NCBI GenBank assembly: GCA_030650025.1
Contig: JAUSEN010000007.1
Location: forward strand, 9,472 to 73,471
Reading direction: 5' to 3'
DNA length: 64,000 nt
Source: Candidatus Magasanikiibacteriota bacterium
GTDB taxonomy: Bacteria; Patescibacteriota; Patescibacteriia; Magasanikbacterales; GWA2-37-8
Shown: positions 1-7,383 of the stretch, piece by piece
Layout of the letters: every line of letters begins with the position of its first letter
Position numbering within the stretch: the first letter of the stretch is position 1
Notes under the pieces: model-generated
Databases searched by the model: none
What the model was told of the DNA's origin: nothing
The model's input: the letters and a program-made list of their open reading frames with translations, nothing else
Made by a program: the position numbers and the translations under genes

Positions 1-2
1 GG

Positions 3-38
3 CCTGCCCGCAATGCTTCGCATAGCGATGCAGGCGGG
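3..38. repeat. short imperfect palindromic repeat (CCTGCCCGCAATGCTTCGCATAGCGATGCAGGCGGG)
   Basis: Imperfect GC-rich hairpin at the window edge, in the style of other palindromic inserts here. Confidence 0.5.
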
Positions 39-120
39 ACAATTTGGATAGAAGTAGTGCCGCTCGAGCTCGTGGTGAAGGCAGTGGAATAATTTTAGTA
101 TTTTGTAGGCGATAAAAACA

Positions 121-152
121 AAAACCCTGTACCAGAACGGTACAGGGTTTTT
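121..152. terminator. intrinsic terminator, probably bidirectional
   Basis: AAAACCCTGTACC-AGAAC-GGTACAGGGTTTTT perfect stem flanked by A/T tracts. Confidence 0.75.
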
Positions 153-249
153 GGAATGTGCGGACGTTTAAGTGTAGTCCGCCGCACACCCCTCCTTCAT
201 TACTAAACTAAGCTATTTTGTTCCTCCTTTTTTTGCAAGCCGCTCGGAG

Positions 250-1302
250 CTAGTCCTTGAAGCCGATCGCCTCGAGCTCCAGGTTGGACATCTCCCCGGC
301 CAGGATCCGGGGGTAGAGCCGAAGGATCTGGCGGCGCACGGCCGGCGGGTGAGCCCGCAGGAAGTGGCCATGGACCTGGAGGAAGCGGTCGCTGGCCACG
401 TGCACGAACACCGTGGAGCTGGAGCGCACCTTCACCTGGGAGCGGTCGTAGCCGCGCTGCGCGCGCACCTCCTTGAGCGCCGCGAGCATCTCGGGCAGGG
501 CCACCACCTCGTGGAAGCCGGCCCGCAGGTACCCGCCACTCTGCCACTCGAGCTGCTTGCCCACCTGGAACAGGAGGCAGCCCGGCGGCACCCGCACTAC
601 CAGCGGCTGCCAGTCGCGCAGCCAGATGCGCAGGCCCGGGTAGCTCGCCGCCCCGTGGATCGTACCCCAGTTGAAGTCGTAGTGGAAGGCGTTGAAGATC
701 TGGCCGAGCGTGACGTTGTCGAGCACCACTCCGTTCGGAGCCAGCAGGTGCGGGGCGTACCGGAAGTGCTTGGTGAAGGTGTTCGGCGGCAGGTTGTAGG
801 CCAAGGCCAGCATCTCGGCGATGGTCTCCACGCTCGCGAGCATCTGCGCGCCCCACCGGTCCATGTTCCTCTCCCAGCGGCCTTCGAACCCGGCGGGCAC
901 CACGTCCGGGGCATTGAGCGCCGGGAACTTGGTGTGCGCGGGGCGCGGTCCGACGCGCCGCATGAAGTGATAGCGGTCGTCCTCGTGGCCGAGCGGCGGG
1001 ATGTGGGGCCACAACTCCAGCGGCAGGTTGGCGATCAGGGCCCGGTGGTCGCGCGGCTGTTCCCGGGTCGAGATGCCCACCTGCCAGTGGTGCTCCGGGC
1101 GTCCATCCCGCTGCAACACTTCCCGCGGCTGGCGGAAGTACTCATCGAGCATGCGGCGATATTCCAGCTGGAAGTTCGATTCGACGCGGGGGTCGCGTAC
1201 GATGACCACCGACGTCGCGGCCAGCGAGTATGCCAGGCGGCGGCAATCATCCAGCGACTTGCCTCTTTCGATGTACCTTGCCAGATCGATGGTTTCGATC
1301 AT
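250..1302 (-). CDS. isopenicillin N synthase-like 2OG-Fe(II) oxygenase superfamily protein
   Basis: Start MIETIDL with AAAGGAGA SD upstream; HxD (HYD) plus distal H (FHEVV); GLRIW strand; very high GC. Confidence 0.8.
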   Translation of the reverse strand: MIETIDLARYIERGKSLDDCRRLAYSLAATSVVIVRDPRVESNFQLEYRRMLDEYFRQPREVLQRDGRPEHHWQVGISTREQPRDHRALIANLPLELWPHIPPLGHEDDRYHFMRRVGPRPAHTKFPALNAPDVVPAGFEGRWERNMDRWGAQMLASVETIAEMLALAYNLPPNTFTKHFRYAPHLLAPNGVVLDNVTLGQIFNAFHYDFNWGTIHGAASYPGLRIWLRDWQPLVVRVPPGCLLFQVGKQLEWQSGGYLRAGFHEVVALPEMLAALKEVRAQRGYDRSQVKVRSSSTVFVHVASDRFLQVHGHFLRAHPPAVRRQILRLYPRILAGEMSNLELEAIGFKD

Positions 1303-1440
1303 GACGTGTCTCCTTTCGGTCGGCGCAGTTTTTGCGCCTTTGATAACCACCCTAACAAAGAGATGGAGAGATGTAAAGGACAGGTTGTAAATAAAAAACA
1401 CCCTGACAAAAATGTCGAGGTGTTTCCGTTTCGGAAGCGC

Positions 1441-2280
1441 TTATAGCTGAATGACTACCACCCGATCTCGCCCCGCGAGGTCGGTTTTTATTTCGGTTTG
1501 CGCGGTAGGCAGATATTTTTTTATGAGCGCGGTCAGGGCGGAGGATTGTGAGGGGTCGATTTCGAGAAAAATAAAAATTTTTGGTTTTAAATCGATTATT
1601 ATATTTTGTATTTGTTTGAGTAGCTGTTCGTAGAGTTCTAGGCCAGTCGCTCCACTTACGAGCGCTAGCCGTGGTTCGTGTTGAATCGATTTTTCTTCGG
1701 CAAATTGTTTACTGGTGAGATAGGGCAGGTTGGCGGTAATAATAATATTTTTATTTAAAAAAATATTATTATTATGTTTTAAAACCGGTTCCAGTAAATT
1801 ACCTTGTAAAAAATTTATCCCAACATTGTGGGCGCGGGCATTTTTGGCGGCCACGCGCAAGGCGCGGCGCGAGATATCGGTGGCGAAGATTGTTAAGGGG
1901 GTGTGTTTCGCAATCGCAATCGGGATACATCCGGAGCCGGTGCCAACATCCACGAGGAGAGTAGGTTGTAGGGAGTGGGGAGTAGTAGCGAATGATTGAA
2001 GCACCATTTCGACGGTGAGTTCCGTTTCCGGGCGGGGGATTAAGACGTGTTTATTTACAAAAAAATTCAGTCCAAAGAATTCTTTATGGCGAGTAATGTA
2101 AGCGAGGGGGACGCCGCGGTGGCGTTGCCAGGAATAAAAGCGCCAGCGGAAATATTGCCACAGCGAGAGTTTGTACTCGTGGTGAGCATATAAAAACTCA
2201 CGCGGTTTTTGAATGACGTGAGCTAAGAGCAGGTCAGTATCGGCGCCCCGCAGCCAAAATTTAATGGAGCGTCGGAGCAT
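1441..2280 (-). CDS. prmC: release factor glutamine methyltransferase PrmC/HemK
   Basis: VLIPRPETE, DVGTGSGCI, ANLPY motifs; downstream of prfA. Confidence 0.95.
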   Translation of the reverse strand: MLRRSIKFWLRGADTDLLLAHVIQKPREFLYAHHEYKLSLWQYFRWRFYSWQRHRGVPLAYITRHKEFFGLNFFVNKHVLIPRPETELTVEMVLQSFATTPHSLQPTLLVDVGTGSGCIPIAIAKHTPLTIFATDISRRALRVAAKNARAHNVGINFLQGNLLEPVLKHNNNIFLNKNIIITANLPYLTSKQFAEEKSIQHEPRLALVSGATGLELYEQLLKQIQNIIIDLKPKIFIFLEIDPSQSSALTALIKKYLPTAQTEIKTDLAGRDRVVVIQL

Positions 2281-2968
2281 TTTTTTCTAAAATTAAAACC
2301 CAATCTTGGGGGTCAGAGCTCTCTTTTTTACCAGCATTCTTTACGTCTATGCCTAACCAACCACTGCGGAGCCTATGCCTGATAGTATCAAGGTCAGAGA
2401 GCGGTATTTCTTCCCATTCCGGTTGGTAAGCTGTCTCGGAAGAGGTGAGGTCAGTCGTAGCAGGTAAGCGTAAATTTTTATAAATTTTAAATGATCGAGT
2501 GCTACCCTGGCGTAGGCTTGGGGGAAGGCTGGTGACGTTAAAGCCATTTTTTAGCTTAGCGGCCAGCGCTGTAGGATTATCAGTTCGGACATTGGCTTCG
2601 GCGGCGTAGCACCCTTGTTCAGCGGCCCAGCGTAGCCGCTCCGTAGTTATTTTATTGGAATAGGCCTCTCCGCGGAGCTCGGGAATGGTAAAGTTGTCTG
2701 TTAGCAGGGCGATGCGCAGACCACTTCTGTCTTGGATACGCAAGCTACCGCCAGCCACAATAGCTCCGCCATCTTTAAGCGCAAAAAATTTAACTCCGCT
2801 TTTTTCATCGCTATGCAGTCGACGTTTGGCTAAGCGCTGGGCTTGCGAATCGGGGTGATGGCGGTCGGGGTAAAACATACGTTCCGAGAGCATCAGAAAA
2901 TTAAGTTTATCGGCCTCTGATTCCAAGAGCTCTGGTTCTGGTGGCTCGCGGCGTTCAATTTCACGCAT
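2261..2968 (-). CDS. GNAT-family acetyltransferase-like protein
   Basis: PELRGEAYS acetyl-CoA-type motif and N..A....KNGF; start at the ATG abutting the structured element. Confidence 0.6.
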   Translation of the reverse strand: MREIERREPPEPELLESEADKLNFLMLSERMFYPDRHHPDSQAQRLAKRRLHSDEKSGVKFFALKDGGAIVAGGSLRIQDRSGLRIALLTDNFTIPELRGEAYSNKITTERLRWAAEQGCYAAEANVRTDNPTALAAKLKNGFNVTSLPPSLRQGSTRSFKIYKNLRLPATTDLTSSETAYQPEWEEIPLSDLDTIRHRLRSGWLGIDVKNAGKKESSDPQDWVLILEKNAPTLH

Positions 2969-3091
2969 ATGATTTGACAAAATTATGCGATTCAACAGAA
3001 TCGTGTCGGGCAGTGCCTGCCTGCCCTGCCTACCGGACAGGCAGGCGGTAGGCAGGTCCTTTGAAGCCCGACCACGACCTTTGAAGCGCGA
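2969..3091 (-). promoter_or_regulatory. start-codon-abutting structured element, copy 1 (contains a nested 41-nt palindromic insertion at 3016-3056)
   Basis: CGCGCTTCAAAGG...GTCGGGCTTCAAAGGA[ins]CACTGCCCGAC-ACGATTCTGTTGAATCG-CATAATTTTGTCAAATCAT-ATG; homologous to 61834-61921. Confidence 0.8.
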
Positions 3092-3101
3092 TTTAAAATT
3101 G

Positions 3102-4160
3102 TTAAGCGTCTTGTTGCTCGTGTTCGGCGTTTTTGAGAGCCGTGATAATCGGCTCTAGATCGCCGTCCATAATGGTAGCGATATTATTCCAATTTTGGTG
3201 AATGCGGTGGTCGGTAATGCGATCCTGCGGGAAGTTGTAAGTGCGGATTTTTTCACTGCGGTCGCCCGTGCCGATTTGCGCGCGGCGTTTTTCAGTAATT
3301 TCTTTCATTTTTTTTTCTTGTTCTAAGGCGTAGAGGCGGGCGCGCATTACGGACATGGCTCTTTCGCGGTTGGCAAGCTGAGAACGTTCATCTTGGCACT
3401 GAACAATTAAACCGGTGGGAATAAAAACGATGCGAACAGCGGAGTAGGTAGTGTTAACGCTTTGCCCGCCTTTGCCACCGGCGGTCATAGTATCAATACG
3501 CAAGTCTTTGGGGTCAATTTTAAATTCGGTCTCTTCTATTTCGGGCATCACGGCAACAGTCACGGTCGAGGTGTGCACGCGGCCGGCTTTTTCGGTCTCG
3601 GGCACGCGTTGGACGCGGTGCACGCCCATTTCGTATTTTAAGTTTTTATAAACATCTTTGCCCTTGATAGAAAAAACAACTTCTTTAAACCCGCCGAGGC
3701 CAATTTGGTTAGAGTCAATAAAATTGGTTTTCCATTTTTTGCTTTCCGCGTATTTGGAATACAGGCGGAAGAGTTCGGCGGCGAACAGCGTGGATTCGTC
3801 GCCGCCGACGCCGGCGCGGATTTCCATAATGACATCTTTTTTATCGAGCGGGTCTTCTGGCCGCGTGAGTTCGGCAATCCCCGCGGCTAAATTTTTAATT
3901 TTTTCTTTTAATTCAAAGCTTTCGGCTTCGGCCAGATCGTGAATTTCAGAGTCAGTTTCTTTGGACATCATTAATTCGGTTTCGGCAAGACTGTTCTCGA
4001 AGGCCGCTAGTTCTTTAATTGGTTCCGCCACTGCTTTTAAATCGCTATATTCGCTAGAAACTGTTTTTAATTTTTGAGAATTACCAATAATAGCCGGATT
4101 TTGCAAATCGGTCTCCAGTTTTTGGTATTTAGCAAGAATATCGGAAAATTTTTTAAGCAT
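3102..4160 (-). CDS. prfA: peptide chain release factor 1
   Basis: GGQ motif, [11 protein letters not shown] (PxT), [13 protein letters not shown]. Confidence 0.98.
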   Translation of the reverse strand: MLKKFSDILAKYQKLETDLQNPAIIGNSQKLKTVSSEYSDLKAVAEPIKELAAFENSLAETELMMSKETDSEIHDLAEAESFELKEKIKNLAAGIAELTRPEDPLDKKDVIMEIRAGVGGDESTLFAAELFRLYSKYAESKKWKTNFIDSNQIGLGGFKEVVFSIKGKDVYKNLKYEMGVHRVQRVPETEKAGRVHTSTVTVAVMPEIEETEFKIDPKDLRIDTMTAGGKGGQSVNTTYSAVRIVFIPTGLIVQCQDERSQLANRERAMSVMRARLYALEQEKKMKEITEKRRAQIGTGDRSEKIRTYNFPQDRITDHRIHQNWNNIATIMDGDLEPIITALKNAEHEQQDA

Positions 4161-4175
4161 AAGTTATTAGGTACG

Positions 4176-4248
4176 AATCCGCCACAGGCGGATTGTTAAC
4201 CGACACGAAATTTCTTCGCCTTCGGCTCGTAAATTTCGGTCGTTAACA
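4176..4248 (-). repeat. TGTTAAC-bounded long hairpin plus GCC/GGC hairpin upstream of prfA
   Basis: Homologous to 47633-47709 in the rplJ leader. Confidence 0.7.
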
Positions 4249-4281
4249 AAAAAACAGACTACAAATAGTATAGTCTGTTTT
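4246..4281 (-). terminator. intrinsic terminator after rpmE
   Basis: AAAACAGACTA...TAGTCTGTTTT stem with a T-run on the minus strand. Confidence 0.7.
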
Positions 4282-4292
4282 AAATAATTTGG

Positions 4293-4652
4293 CTACGCGC
4301 CAGTTTCGACAACAGCAGTAACAGGCTCGGCTTCGCTAACAGTTTTGGCGGCTTTTTTATCTGCCGCGGCGGCTTTTTTTTCGGCTGCTTTTTTGGCAGT
4401 GACAACCGCTTTTTTTACTTTCTTACCTTTACGCACGGCCGCGACCGCGGTTTTTTTGGCGGCGCGCTCGATAAATTTCTCGACGCGGCGAGCGGTATCG
4501 ACAAATTTTTGTTTGCCAGTATAAAAAGGGTGGCATTGATTGCAGAGTTCAACGCGGATTTCTTTAAGAGTAGAGCCCGTGGTAAAAGTATTGCCGCAGG
4601 CGCACGCAACTTTGGTATCAGTATTATATTCGGGGTGAATGTCTGGTTTCAT
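4293..4652 (-). CDS. rpmE: 50S ribosomal protein L31 (Zn-binding type) with Lys/Ala-rich C-terminal tail
   Basis: [26 protein letters not shown]. Confidence 0.97.
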   Translation of the reverse strand: MKPDIHPEYNTDTKVACACGNTFTTGSTLKEIRVELCNQCHPFYTGKQKFVDTARRVEKFIERAAKKTAVAAVRKGKKVKKAVVTAKKAAEKKAAAADKKAAKTVSEAEPVTAVVETGA

Positions 4653-4700
4653 ATGATTTGGCGAAATCACGTCGCGCAACGTCCTTTGAAGCGCGACGCA
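4653..4700 (-). promoter_or_regulatory. start-codon-abutting structured element, copy 2 (minimal unit)
   Basis: CGTCGCGC-TTCAAAGGACGTT-GCGCGACG-TGATTT-CGCC-AAATCA-T-ATG. Confidence 0.8.
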
Positions 4701-4719
4701 CAGGTAAATTATTGAGTAG

Positions 4720-4748
4720 AGTTTAGCACGAGCGTTAAAAAATGTCAA
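4720..4748 (-). promoter_or_regulatory. sigma70-type promoter for rpmE-prfA
   Basis: TTGACA-17 bp-TAAACT with extended TG on the minus strand. Confidence 0.75.
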
Positions 4749-4756
4749 CGCCGCTA

Positions 4757-4785
4757 TTGACAGCTTGGTGTTTTTGCTTTATACT
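4757..4785 (+). promoter_or_regulatory. sigma70-type promoter for rpsB-tsf
   Basis: TTGACA-17 bp-TATACT. Confidence 0.8.
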
Positions 4786-4794
4786 AAGCCTACT

Positions 4795-4945
4795 TAATTA
4801 ATCTCTCACCCGCCTTCGTCCCAATAAAATTGGGACTAAGGCGGGCAAGTCCGCTCTATAAAGCTGGTTTGCCCGCCCTATATTTCCTCCCTCATGATCA
4901 TTCAAGAGGGCTGGGCGGGGAGGCTACCCACGCCATAGCGGGGTT
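4795..4945 (+). promoter_or_regulatory. structured rpsB leader (probable S2 autoregulatory RNA) with a palindromic hairpin at 4809-4845
   Basis: CCGCTCTAT/ATAGCGG and CCCGCCC/GGGCGGG stems, GGAGGCTA segment; 5' of rpsB. Confidence 0.5.
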
Positions 4946-4964
4946 ATAAAAGGAAAAATAATGT

Positions 4965-5798
4965 ATGACAAAAATTCCAAGCATTCTGGAAATGCTTAAG
5001 GCCGGGGCGCACTTTGGGCACCAACGCAGCCGCTGGCACCCCAAAATGGCTCAATTTATTTTTGGCATCAGAAACGGGGTTCATATTATTGACCTCGAAA
5101 AAACTGCCGTGGAGTTAACTAAAGCGCTCGAGTACATCAAAACCTTAGCCAGCCAGGGCAAGGTTATTTTATTTGTGGGCACCAAGCGCCAAGCGCGCCA
5201 AGCCGTGCAAAAAACAGCCGAAGCGTGCGGCATGCCCTATGTTACGGAACGCTGGATTGGCGGCCTCTTAACTAATTTTGACGAATTTAAGCGCCGTTTG
5301 AAAAAGTTCCGCCAAATTGAGGACATGATCGCGACCGGCGAGATTGAAAAATACACCAAGAAAGAGCAAACCGTAATGAAGAAGCAATTTGAGAAGATGA
5401 AAAAATATTTGAGCGGTTTAAAAAATCTCAATGAGTTGCCGGACGCGATGTATGTGACGGATATTCGCGTGGAGAAAACCGCGGTGACCGAAGCGAACAA
5501 AGTGAACGTGCCGATGGTCGCGACTTGCGACACTAACGTCAACCCGGAAAAAGTCTTATACCCCATTCCTTGCAATGATGACGCGGTACACGCCATTGAA
5601 ATGATGACAGCTTTGATCGGGCAAGCGATAACCGAAGGCAAAGAAGAATATGCTATGCGCGCGCCTCTCCCTCCGGCGACGCCGAAGGCAGTTGCTATGC
5701 CGACAGATGGCGGAGCGCGACCAACCCTGAAGTCAGCTCCGGCCAGTACTGCTCCCAAGAAAGAACGCCGAGTGATTAAAACTCAAGAGGTGGTGTAG
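4965..5798 (+). CDS. rpsB: 30S ribosomal protein S2
   Basis: AGAHFGHQ, RWIGGLLTNF, PIPCNDDA. Confidence 0.98.
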   Translation: MTKIPSILEMLKAGAHFGHQRSRWHPKMAQFIFGIRNGVHIIDLEKTAVELTKALEYIKTLASQGKVILFVGTKRQARQAVQKTAEACGMPYVTERWIGGLLTNFDEFKRRLKKFRQIEDMIATGEIEKYTKKEQTVMKKQFEKMKKYLSGLKNLNELPDAMYVTDIRVEKTAVTEANKVNVPMVATCDTNVNPEKVLYPIPCNDDAVHAIEMMTALIGQAITEGKEEYAMRAPLPPATPKAVAMPTDGGARPTLKSAPASTAPKKERRVIKTQEVV

Positions 5799-5808
5799 GA
5801 TTTTTAGC

Positions 5809-5906
5809 TGTCATTTCGAACCCCGCAGAGCGGGGTGAGAAATCTCTGTCCAAATCGCGAAACGGACAGAGATCCCTCGGTCGCCTCAGGCGACCTCGGG
5901 ATGACA
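5809..5906. repeat. TGTCAT...ATGACA-bounded multi-hairpin palindromic element
   Basis: Terminal inverted TGTCATTTCGA/TCGGGATGACA with three internal hairpins; related half-elements at 14187 and 47552. Confidence 0.75.
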
Positions 5907-5965
5907 ACAAAAACAATCAGATATCTCAACAACAATTTTAAGTTCGATTTTAACTCTTCAAATAT

Positions 5966-6841
5966 ATGCCAATAAGTTCGGGGGACATCATGAAATTGCG
6001 CGCCCAGACTGGCGCGGGCATGATGGATTGCAAAAACGCTTTAGAAGAAGCCGGCGGCGACATGGACAAGGCGGGCGAGATCCTGCGCAAGAAGGGGATT
6101 GTGAAAGCCGCCAAGCGCGCGGATAAAATCGCGGCCGAAGGGTTGATTGTAATTGCAAAATCACCAGATTTAAAAGCCGCGGTGCTTGTCGAAGTAAATT
6201 CGGAAACAGATTTTGTGGGCGCTAGCCCGGATTTTAAAGCTTTGGCCGAAGCCATTGCCGAGGCCGCTTTAGAGAACAAAGCCGAGAGTGTTGAGGCGGC
6301 TCTAGGCGCTAAATTAGCTAGCGGTAAAACTGTGAGCGAAGCCATGAGCGAGATGAGTTTAAAAGTAGGAGAGAAGATTGGCGTGCGCCGAGCGGTGTTG
6401 GTGACCGCTAGCTCCGGAATAGTGGCTTCGTATATTCACGGCACTAAAATCGGCGTTTTAGTAGAGTTAGAAGGCGGCGCGGCTGATTTTGGAGCCGATG
6501 TTGCCATGCACGTCGCGGCGAGCAACCCTAAATATTTAAATCGTGAAGGGGCGGACCAGACTGATATTAACAAAGAAAAAGAAATTTACGCCGAGCAGTT
6601 GCGCGCGCAAAAGAAGCCGGAAAATATTATTGAGAATATCGTGAAAGGCAAGATAGATAAATATTTTGGCGAAGTCTGTTTGCTGGAACAGCCGTTTATT
6701 AAAGATGAAGAGACCACGGTCGGCAAACTCGCGGAAAAAAACAGCGCCAAAATTATACGTTTTATACGGATGGAACTGGGTGAGGGCATTGAGAAGAAGC
6801 AGACGGATTTTGCCGCCGAAGTTAAGGCGCAGTTGAAATAA
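5966..6841 (+). CDS. tsf: elongation factor Ts
   Basis: LRAQTGAGMMDCKNAL, EVNSETDFV. Confidence 0.98.
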   Translation: MPISSGDIMKLRAQTGAGMMDCKNALEEAGGDMDKAGEILRKKGIVKAAKRADKIAAEGLIVIAKSPDLKAAVLVEVNSETDFVGASPDFKALAEAIAEAALENKAESVEAALGAKLASGKTVSEAMSEMSLKVGEKIGVRRAVLVTASSGIVASYIHGTKIGVLVELEGGAADFGADVAMHVAASNPKYLNREGADQTDINKEKEIYAEQLRAQKKPENIIENIVKGKIDKYFGEVCLLEQPFIKDEETTVGKLAEKNSAKIIRFIRMELGEGIEKKQTDFAAEVKAQLK

Positions 6842-6932
6842 AGCTCAAGATAAGGCTTAGTTGACAGGTTTAGTAGCTGTGGTAAGGTAATATTTAGAGT
6901 GATTTATTAAATTAATTTAATAATTCAAATAT

Positions 6933-7244
6933 ATGGGAGAATTTGATAAATTTGGCAATAGAATATTACAAGAGCCAGGCGCAGAGCCGGGGCATGTTTA
7001 TAGCGTTGATTTAGGGAGGCCAAAGGAGCCAAAATTGCGATTTGATCCGGCTAATGTTAGTATTTATTTATACACTTTTTCTGATATGGTTCTCCGCGGC
7101 CGGCGTCTGCTTGATAAAGCGGATATAGAACGATTTATTACAGAAATGAAAGCGAAATACGATGGCGTTGATGAGGAGGCTTTGCGAGCCGAAGTGAAGA
7201 GAATGGCGGAGGCGCATGGTAATGAATTGAGCCAAGCCGCTTAA
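6933..7244 (+). CDS. hypothetical protein
   Basis: 103-aa ORF with a TTGACA promoter upstream and a terminator downstream. Confidence 0.65.
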   Translation: MGEFDKFGNRILQEPGAEPGHVYSVDLGRPKEPKLRFDPANVSIYLYTFSDMVLRGRRLLDKADIERFITEMKAKYDGVDEEALRAEVKRMAEAHGNELSQAA

Positions 7245-7254
7245 GTAGTAAAAC

Positions 7255-7295
7255 AAACCCCCGCCCCGAGCGAAGTCGAGGGGCGGGGTTTTTTT
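7255..7295 (+). terminator. intrinsic terminator whose stem includes CCCCGAGCGAAGTCGAGGGG
   Basis: GC hairpin followed by T7. Confidence 0.7.
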
Positions 7296-7383
7296 ATTTT
7301 TGATTTCTTGGTATACTAATAATGAGTCGCCAGCGCGGATGAAATAATTTTTTAATGTTAAAATGTTAATAAGTTAATTTGTT

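Noticed and set aside
203-1446. Long overlapping ORFs 203-1012(-) and 349-1446(+)
   Set aside because: Shadow frames of the high-GC oxygenase gene; no motifs
7316-7346. Hammerhead-like ATGAG...GAAA upstream of gap
   Set aside because: Lacks the CTGATGA core and convincing stems I/III
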